In this document: positions 39,315 through 46,157 of the stretch, piece after piece
Layout of the letters: every line of letters starts with the position of its first letter
Position numbering within the stretch: position 1 is the stretch's first letter
IMG/VR virus record: IMGVR_UViG_3300034062_004313
Location: 32,001 to 96,000 of that record
Direction: 5' to 3' (one strand)
Origin: a virus
Length of the DNA: 64,000 bases
Made by a program: the position numbers and the translations under genes
Notes under the pieces: model-generated
Database searches by the model: none
Seen by the model: the letters and a program-made list of their open reading frames with translations, nothing else
Told to the model about the DNA's origin: nothing

Positions 39315-40022
39315 TTAAAGATTCTCTTTACAAAACTCAATTACTTCATATTCAGGAGTATATCCTTTCGATTGCATAGCATTACGAATAAGATTTATTA
39401 CTTCTTCTCTTGTCCAACTATCTTTAATTGGTCTTATAGTAATGGTATTATCCTTAGCTACTTTAAGTATGTGATAAATATCTTTATGCGCCCAATATCT
39501 TATCCATATTTTACCTATAGGTGGAGTTATATCAAAATTTCTTTCTCCTGTTTGTTCACAATACCAATGCTCTTCAAAAGTTTTTTCTTCATATTCAACC
39601 ATCACTTCTTTTATTATATTACTTTTATTATATTCAGTAATATATTTTTCAATGAATGATTTAGATGGTTGTGGTAAATGGTCATAATGTGGACTATTCA
39701 TTTGCATTGGATGAATATTCAGAATATCTGTTGTAGCTATTACTTTTTTAGCTAATCCACTTAATCTTCTTGATTCTGATATTCTGTTGTTAGAATTAAA
39801 TAGTTCAAAAGAACCATCTGTCCAACACATAATATAAGGTAATATTTCACCATCTTTTATTGGTTCATCACTAAGGAAATAAAGATGTTGATGAGTCCAT
39901 GAACCATCAGGAACTTTTTCTTTCCAAATAGGTCGGTCTCCTATATAAAACAGCCTCGAACCTTTTGCAATAACTCCTTCTTTTTCTGTAGGTAAAAGAA
40001 TAACCTTTGTTTGTTTTAACAT
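39315..40022 (-). CDS. modular hypothetical protein, paralog of 28283..29173
   Basis: LLPTEK, QHLYFLSDEPIKDG, KKVIATTD, SFIEKYI, WTREEV. Confidence 0.65.
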   Translation of the reverse strand: MLKQTKVILLPTEKEGVIAKGSRLFYIGDRPIWKEKVPDGSWTHQHLYFLSDEPIKDGEILPYIMCWTDGSFELFNSNNRISESRRLSGLAKKVIATTDILNIHPMQMNSPHYDHLPQPSKSFIEKYITEYNKSNIIKEVMVEYEEKTFEEHWYCEQTGERNFDITPPIGKIWIRYWAHKDIYHILKVAKDNTITIRPIKDSWTREEVINLIRNAMQSKGYTPEYEVIEFCKENL

Positions 40023-40047
40023 AACATAGTTTTTAGTTTTAACAATA

Positions 40048-40518
40048 TTGAAGATTTATCAAATCTCCTGCACAATGTTGTCAGAGGTGAATCCTTGATG
40101 TAAAAGGAGAACTGCTACTTAAAGCTTCATTCACAATTACCACATAACAACTACTTATTTATATTGCTACAAATAAGGCATATTTCTTATAGCTGATTAG
40201 ATTTATCATTATTCATGGCCACATGGGTAGCGTGGTAGGTAGGTATCCCTGTATTCAGTCAGATATTATTCCCCCTTGTTGTCTAATACTTCATATCGCG
40301 TTTAGCTTATGCTGCCACTCTAAACTTTCGTTTAGCCCTTTCGGGACATTCTGTACTTAGATTATATACTCCAATCATCCTCCGGTCCTAACAGTTATAT
40401 CTAGTATAACATACATTAGCGGGATAGTATTTTCCAGAATGCTTTATATTCTCTACCAAATAACTTGCAAGATAGAACTACGAATTTGCAACTTCTGTTA
40501 TTTGTATTTATTTGGTAT
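40048..40518 (-). ncRNA. candidate large structured ncRNA (~470 nt)
   Basis: No long ORF; raised GC; three GNRA hairpins that read correctly only on the minus strand; long-range stems. Confidence 0.65.
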
Positions 40519-40521
40519 GAA

Positions 40522-40665
40522 TTAATTAATTAAATGAGGACCATCTGTTATAGTTCTGGTTCCTCCTTCTGATATCATACTTATAGCCTCCCTTAAACTT
40601 TGGGCTATAACTGTACAAGTGATTTGTTCACCATTTGTACTAATAACTTGCGCTGTGTATTTCAT
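40522..40665 (-). CDS. 47-aa small protein (MKYTAQVISTNGEQITCTV...)
   Basis: Manual translation; AT-rich leader before the ATG. Confidence 0.55.
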   Translation of the reverse strand: MKYTAQVISTNGEQITCTVIAQSLREAISMISEGGTRTITDGPHLIN

Positions 40666-40680
40666 AAAATAGATTAAAAA

Positions 40681-40721
40681 GATAGAAGGTGCTCACTCAT
40701 TGAGCTTTCCCTTCCACCAAA
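40681..40721 (-). ncRNA. loop-E-like hairpin, divergent copy C
   Basis: GGUGGAAGG-GAAA-GCUC-AAU-GAGU-GAGCA-CCUUCUAUC with the same UUGGURGAA 5' flank. Confidence 0.45.
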
Positions 40722-41008
40722 TTATTTAATTATTCCAATGTGATATTTACAACAAAAATATAAAAAGATTTATCATTAGTAATCATTTGCAGACCAAGCA
40801 TAATCAGACCATTCGTCTCCGCTTGTTCCTTGTGGTTTTAATGAAGGAGATTCGATGTTTGTTTTTCTTTTCTTAACTTGTACTTTATACTTACTTGCTT
40901 CCTTGCTATGACAAATCATAAATTTACCATTATTCTTATCAGCAAAATTTCTTGCTTTTTGTTCATTATGAAATCTGATTGTTACTGTTCCCATATTATA
41001 AATGTTTA

Positions 41009-41051
41009 AGAACAAGTACTAAGTATTACTACCGTTCCCTGTTCTACCAAT
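41009..41051 (-). ncRNA. loop-E/bulged-G hairpin, copy B
   Basis: AGAACAGG-GAAC-GGUA-GUAA-UACU-UAGUA-CUUGUUCU. Confidence 0.65.
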
Positions 41052-42551
41052 TATTTACATCCAAAATCTTCTGCATCATATTCAGCTTCTAAATCATCCA
41101 TATCATCATTAAACAAATTAGCCATATCTCCAGCTAATTCAATATTATGTGAGCATGATTTAGGAAGTCTTTTTGTTTGAAGAATAATCATTTTGAGCGT
41201 ATTTCTTAAATGTTCTATAGACATTTCATCTATGTCAATAGATTTACCATTTTTCATTGTCCAATATACTGTCATAATGTTACCCATTTATGTTGTTCAT
41301 TCTCATATTCTTTAATCTCACTTATCCATTCACCATATACAGTATCAGGTTCCCAAACCACTTTATCACCCAATAATTCTTTTAACCATACCATAGGTAC
41401 AGCTACAGAGATTTGGTCTAATGCTATCTCATATATATCCACATTAAACACTTTATTAACAGCAGTGGAGTTTGAACTCCATTCACCACCATGACCCGGA
41501 CGATGTTTTACATTATGTGTAAGAAAACCAAATGTATGAACTGGTATTCCTTCAGGATGTTCATATTTTGTTAATCTATAAATACCACCATCTTCATCTT
41601 TAGTAATAGTTTCTTTATTATCCAACCATTTAGGATTTAAAGAATTATTACCATCACCAGAATACAAATATATATTCCAATGTTGATTAAAATAACAGAA
41701 TTTTATTTGCATATGAATTATTTAATTATTCTAAAATATTTTTCCAACAAGTTTCTCTCCAATCAGGCCAAGTTTCTTCACATTCAGGTTGATGGTCTTC
41801 TAATGTAGAACCAAAAAAACCATTTTTCCAAGCATTGCTGACTAATTTATCAGCTTCACTTTGTTTTTGAACGTGATAAACTTGCCATACCAGTCCACCT
41901 TCATGATTTCGTATCATTAAGGTTTTTGGATAAATGTTATCATTTGTTATGTCTGTGTACATAAAATAAGTTTTAAAGTGATTGTGATTTTTTCTTGTAA
42001 CATTTCATAGCATAGTTATAAAACTCAATATCCGAATCAGCAACAACTAAACCACAAAATCTTCTACCATTACTCCATCTAAAGAATGTGCAGGGTTTAT
42101 CAAAGCATATACATGAATATATACCATCTCCTAATTTATCAGATAACCAACGTTCATCTATTTCTTCAGGGGTTAATTCTGATTTCAATAAAGAAAATAT
42201 GTCATATCCATTCTTTTCTTCTAATTCACCATGAAGATAACACCATGATGCTCTTACAACATCTTCGTATTTAGCACCACGATATTCACCATCAATATTT
42301 TCTGGTATTATTGTTAATGTTCTCATAATTTTTTAGCTTTTCTTTTTGCATTACGCTCATTAATAGCCCACACTTCAACACCATCAATTTTGAATTTCTT
42401 TAAACCATTAGGTATAATATCCTTTGGTTGTGGTTCAGGTGCTGGGCGATGTTTTGGTTTTTCTCCTGCAAACACTTGTTCAGCACCAAACATAGCAGAC
42501 ATCATATATAATCCTAAGAGTGATTTCATTGATTTCATAAAATTAGTTTAA

Positions 42552-42591
42552 GAGCTTAGGTTCAAGGTATTTCTACCTCTCCCCTAAACTC
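42552..42591 (-). promoter_or_regulatory. intergenic hairpin with purine-rich 4x4 internal loop and GAAA tetraloop
   Basis: GAGUUUAGG-GGAG-AGGUA-GAAA-UACCU-UGAA-CCUAAGCUC. Confidence 0.5.
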
Positions 42592-42597
42592 AAGATT

Positions 42598-43263
42598 TTA
42601 AATAATATTAATATCATACATTCTTTGAAAGCCTGTAGGCATTATCATACGATAAGCTCCATTTGTTTCAATTACATCTCCAACACAGGTTGACCTTATA
42701 CCAAGAGCTTCATATTCAAGACTAAAGTCATTTTGTGCTTTTTTGAAAGCATCATCTAAAGAATTAGCATATACATTAGCCACTTCTTTGAACCGAATAT
42801 CTAATTGACAAAATGTATTTAATTCTGAATTTGCAGGATGATATACACGATACTTTTGAAGTGATGTTATAGGTTCTTTTTCATCATACACTCTTTCATC
42901 TTCATAATTATCCATTTCTTCATCTAACATGTCCTGAAATAAATCATCTAAGCTTTCATCTACATCATCATAATATTCACTTAACATATTCCCTTCAATG
43001 CACATTTCCACTTCATCAAGAATAAAGTCAATGAAATGATATGTAAAAGAACTATCTTTAAGCTCTTTAAGAAAGTTGTAATGTTTCTGGAATTTCTCAA
43101 CATCTTCTTCATGTGTACTTGAATTAAAGCACATGTTCTGAATTGTCACCTGTACTGAAACCAACAAATGACTAATAGCTCCATTTGCTTCTCTATAAGC
43201 AGAAATAATAGGAATAAGCTTATTAAGAGTGTTCTTAATAGCTTGTAATGTTTCTTTTTTCAT
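42598..43263 (-). CDS. hypothetical protein with C-terminal YodL-like domain
   Basis: LDDAFKKAQN...RSTCVGDVI (RSxSVGDV motif). Confidence 0.5.
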   Translation of the reverse strand: MKKETLQAIKNTLNKLIPIISAYREANGAISHLLVSVQVTIQNMCFNSSTHEEDVEKFQKHYNFLKELKDSSFTYHFIDFILDEVEMCIEGNMLSEYYDDVDESLDDLFQDMLDEEMDNYEDERVYDEKEPITSLQKYRVYHPANSELNTFCQLDIRFKEVANVYANSLDDAFKKAQNDFSLEYEALGIRSTCVGDVIETNGAYRMIMPTGFQRMYDINII

Positions 43264-43294
43264 AAGTTTTATTTGAGTTTAATAAAAGATTATA

Positions 43295-43326
43295 TTTGGA
43301 ATATTGAGTTTATTTATGTATATTTG
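43295..43326 (+). promoter_or_regulatory. Bacteroidota primary-sigma promoter for 43344..43949
   Basis: Exact TTTG-N20-TATATTTG. Confidence 0.75.
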
Positions 43327-43343
43327 TATAAATTAAACTCAAT

Positions 43344-43949
43344 ATGATATATTTTATAGGAAACAAAGAACAAGATATAGTTAAGATAGGAAAAACTAAA
43401 AATGTTGAAAATAGACTTTGGGAAATAAATACTCACTGTCCTTATAAATGTGAGTTATTCTTAACTATAGATGGAAAAGAAGCTATTGAAAAAACAATAC
43501 ATGAAATGTTTAATCAATTTAAAATGAACGGTGAATGGTTTCAATTTTCAACTGAAATTCAAGATTTTATAAATAATCCAAAAGAAATAGTATTAAATCC
43601 TTTGTTTAAAGATTTTAATATAAATACTTCATATTATAATAATGAAGACTTAAAAATCGTTGAAGATTTATACAAATTGAAAAAATCCAATATTGAAATC
43701 TCTGAAATAACAGGATTAACTATACATCAAGTTAGAAGAATTATAAGAAATAATCAACTTGCTAGAAAATATAGAGAATATAAAGGAACAACTATTGTTA
43801 GTTCAGAACAAGACTTTCAAAGAAATAAGCGTAAAAAGTATAGAACTCTTTATAAAAAAGGGATAATTACTAAAGAAGTATTATTAGAAGAACTTGCAAA
43901 ATATCCAACTAAACGTAATTGTCCCAAAAATACAATTGAATATACCTAA
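43344..43949 (+). CDS. T5orf172/GIY-YIG-like nuclease with C-terminal HTH (putative free-standing homing endonuclease)
   Basis: MIYFI, VKIGKT, RL..I, EKTIH, GEWF; HTH SNIEISEITGLTIHQVRRII; lone plus-strand gene in a minus-strand region. Confidence 0.8.
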   Translation: MIYFIGNKEQDIVKIGKTKNVENRLWEINTHCPYKCELFLTIDGKEAIEKTIHEMFNQFKMNGEWFQFSTEIQDFINNPKEIVLNPLFKDFNINTSYYNNEDLKIVEDLYKLKKSNIEISEITGLTIHQVRRIIRNNQLARKYREYKGTTIVSSEQDFQRNKRKKYRTLYKKGIITKEVLLEELAKYPTKRNCPKNTIEYT

Positions 43950-43952
43950 ACC

Positions 43953-44040
43953 TAATAAATAGAGAGTAATGTCAAGCAATGAACAAAAGTTCGGCAACGC
44001 TTTTCATAAGTATAAACTAACATTACTCTCTATTTATCAG
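43953..44040. repeat. long inverted repeat between convergent genes
   Basis: ataaatagagagtaatgt ... acattactctctatttat (18-bp perfect arms). Confidence 0.8.
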
Positions 44041-44066
44041 ACCTAATCCTATTACGGATTATGCAC

Positions 44067-44360
44067 TCAATCTTTAAAATAATCTTTTACTAAATCTCTA
44101 CCTGAATAATCTTGTCTTGAACAAGCATCATCTAAAATGTCATTTGGGCAATTTTCACAAAGCTTAGAAACAAGCTCCATATTCTTGTTACACAAATCTG
44201 ACCACAATACATACAAGTTTGTTCCCTTTAAAGAAGGAACCTGTTCCAACTTAATAGCAATTGGAATACTGTATTTTAAGTTTTCAGGAGAGAACAATTC
44301 CATAAGAAATGTCATTGCAACTGGATTTCCTTTTGCATAATTCATAATCATACCAATCAT
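44067..44360 (-). CDS. conserved phage hypothetical protein (likely start at 44360)
   Basis: YAKGNPVAMTFL...LKGTNLYVLWSDLC; the ORF-track extension to 44402 overlaps the ribozyme. Confidence 0.7.
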   Translation of the reverse strand: MIGMIMNYAKGNPVAMTFLMELFSPENLKYSIPIAIKLEQVPSLKGTNLYVLWSDLCNKNMELVSKLCENCPNDILDDACSRQDYSGRDLVKDYFKD

Positions 44361-44374
44361 AATAATAATTTTTG

Positions 44375-44443
44375 AGTTTGACATCATTAATGTTTCGTCC
44401 AAGTCTGGTCACAAACTGATTTTATACTCTTCTTGGCTGAGTT
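44375..44443 (-). ncRNA. hammerhead ribozyme, type I, G3:C8 variant with kissing loop
   Basis: AGUUU-GUGACCA-G(ACUUGGA)C-GAAAC-AUU AAU GAU-GUC^AAACU; upstream ACUC(AGCCAAGAA)GAGU loop is complementary to loop II. Confidence 0.7.
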
Positions 44444-44557
44444 TATAGTCTTGTCTAATGGAACATTAAAGACTTAAACAAGGCTGCTAATCCATCAATA
44501 ATATATGCATTACTGTCATAGTTATTAATATAGCACTTACAGCACCTTGTTGATTAA

Positions 44558-44794
44558 CTAAAGACCTAAATAATCCAATTGTTCTTGAGTAACTCCTGTT
44601 GCTTTAGCATATTCAGCTAAAGTTATTTCTTCACAAGAAATGATAGGACATGTCTCTACAATAGGAAATTCATCTTCTGCAATTGGGTCATAATACCAAT
44701 CTATATTAACATCAATAGATGTTAAATTAGGTGTAGTAGAATAATGAATAAAAGGCATTCCATGCTCTTCATGTATATATTTAAAGAATTGCAT
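44558..44794 (-). CDS. small acidic hypothetical protein (likely start MQFFKY)
   Basis: ORF track; start reassigned because the upstream part is structured RNA. Confidence 0.6.
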   Translation of the reverse strand: MQFFKYIHEEHGMPFIHYSTTPNLTSIDVNIDWYYDPIAEDEFPIVETCPIISCEEITLAEYAKATGVTQEQLDYLGL

Positions 44795-44903
44795 AATAAG
44801 TGTGATGCTGATTAGACAACATCGATTTATTAACAAATTAATAAAATTCTCTAACCTTATTACAGGAATTACAGAGAATACCATTACGGATGTGGAATGA
44901 CAA

Positions 44904-44981
44904 CTATTGCCAATCCCACTCTTGCAGTCCTTCTAAGGTGGTTACACCAATAGAAGTAATAATCAAAGCAGTATGTTTCAT
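44904..44981 (-). CDS. possible 25-aa peptide MKHTALIITSIGVTTLEGLQEWDWQ
   Basis: A-rich leader (AAUAAAAGC-AUG); stop codon in the loop of a hairpin. Confidence 0.3.
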   Translation of the reverse strand: MKHTALIITSIGVTTLEGLQEWDWQ

Positions 44982-45037
44982 GCTTTTATTATTTAGTAAT
45001 GAAGAAATCTCCCTGTTAACGTACAGAGAATAAAACG

Positions 45038-45256
45038 TTATTTACCTTTGAAGTCTTCATCAAAACTACTATCAAATAAACATCCTAATGCAACACATAT
45101 TACTATTGTTCCCAACACACAATAAGCAGGATGTTGAGCCACTTCTCTGAAGCTGCCACCAAATAATCATGCAATAGCAGGAACAATCGAATACAAGAAA
45201 CAGTAGCATATAACGTATACCACTGTAAGAACCATAAAACGGATTAACTTTTCCAT
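45038..45256 (-). pseudogene. 72-codon two-TM membrane protein ORF interrupted by one in-frame TGA (45167-45169)
   Basis: MEKLIRFMVLTVVYVICYCFLYSIVPAIA*LFGGSFREVAQHPAYCVLGTIVICVALGCLFDSSFDEDFKGK. Confidence 0.55.
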
Positions 45257-45343
45257 AACAGATAAATATTTAAAGAATGAATAAACATAGAAAAGCATAT
45301 ACACAAGTCCTTGACAGGAGAGTGTATATGCCCTGTGAATAAA

Positions 45344-45733
45344 TTACAACGGAAACTTAAACTTAAACCAACCAAAGGACTTAGCTCTAATAAAACATTG
45401 AGCTATACTAATATGTTCACAAGATTCATCTCTGAAACCTGTAATATGATTATCAACACCTTGTTCAGGTTTTATAGTAGTATAACCAACTTTTCGAACA
45501 TATCCACCACCATGTTTCTGTTCTACAATAAATGTAGTACCAACAGGAGATGTGAGAATATTAAAGAGATTCTTACTCTGAAAAGAATAAGTGTGGTCTT
45601 TAACATAATCAGAATTACTTAAAGAACGCTCTTCAATAGGACAATTATAATCTACATGAATAGAATAATACTTATCAATAACCTTATTGGCTTGATTAGC
45701 ACTAAGCTGAATACAGGAAATGAACTTTTCCAT
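45344..45733 (-). CDS. hypothetical protein (likely start MEKFISC)
   Basis: ORF track; A-rich leader directly after the hammerhead. Confidence 0.65.
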   Translation of the reverse strand: MEKFISCIQLSANQANKVIDKYYSIHVDYNCPIEERSLSNSDYVKDHTYSFQSKNLFNILTSPVGTTFIVEQKHGGGYVRKVGYTTIKPEQGVDNHITGFRDESCEHISIAQCFIRAKSFGWFKFKFPL

Positions 45734-45752
45734 TTTAAATATTTTATTGTTT

Positions 45753-45808
45753 TCTGTTTCGATGCTCAATTACATCATCATCAGCAAAGAGAATACTCTT
45801 TGGACAGA
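45753..45808 (-). ncRNA. hammerhead ribozyme, type III
   Basis: UCUGUC^CAAAGAG-UAUU-CUCUUUG-CUGAUGA-U-GAUG-UAAUUGAG-CAUC-GAAA-CAGA; all three stems pair. Confidence 0.88.
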
Positions 45809-45921
45809 TTAGCATATACTGCGGTTTCAACATGGGAATATGATGTCAAAATGATATTGTTTTGATATCAAATGAGTGATTCTATACCCTATTTGTACTC
45901 ATGTCAGTGCAAATTTGTACT

Positions 45922-45937
45922 TGTTTCACGTGGAACA
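45922..45937. promoter_or_regulatory. parS-like site (ParB/Spo0J binding)
   Basis: TGTTTCACGTGGAACA, 15/16 to the palindromic consensus TGTTTCACGTGAAACA; intergenic. Confidence 0.75.
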
Positions 45938-46023
45938 TTATATAATATCTACATGTATTAATACACTATTTATTAGATATTATCTAATTCAATTTAAAAT
46001 ATGCCGAGAAAATACAAAACCAA

Positions 46024-46068
46024 TTTGATATTATTCAACAATTGTTCATATTATTGAATAATATCAAA
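46024..46068. repeat. perfect 15-bp inverted repeat
   Basis: tttgatattattcaa-N15-ttgaataatatcaaa. Confidence 0.85.
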
Positions 46069-46104
46069 ATTAAGCTCTTTTTATGGGTGGATTTGGGCTG
46101 ATTT

Positions 46105-46134
46105 AAAAAAGGACAGGGATAAATATCCCCGTCC
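46105..46134 (-). terminator. intrinsic terminator after 46158..46670
   Basis: GGACGGGGAU-AUUU-AUCCCUGUCC-UUUUUU. Confidence 0.85.
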
Positions 46135-46157
46135 GTTATTCTTCAATCATCATCCCA

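Noticed and set aside
40307-40337. Minus-strand frame ending AKRKFRVAA-stop, resembling a tmRNA tag
   Set aside because: No tRNA-like domain (no T-arm GUUCRA and no acceptor stem with CCA) in or around the region, so it is not called tmRNA.
44927-44951. AUUGGUGUAACC-ACC-UUAGAAGG resembles my recollection of a Bacillus ToxI repeat
   Set aside because: Single copy, second stem only 2 bp, inside a possible small ORF, and the comparison relies on memory.
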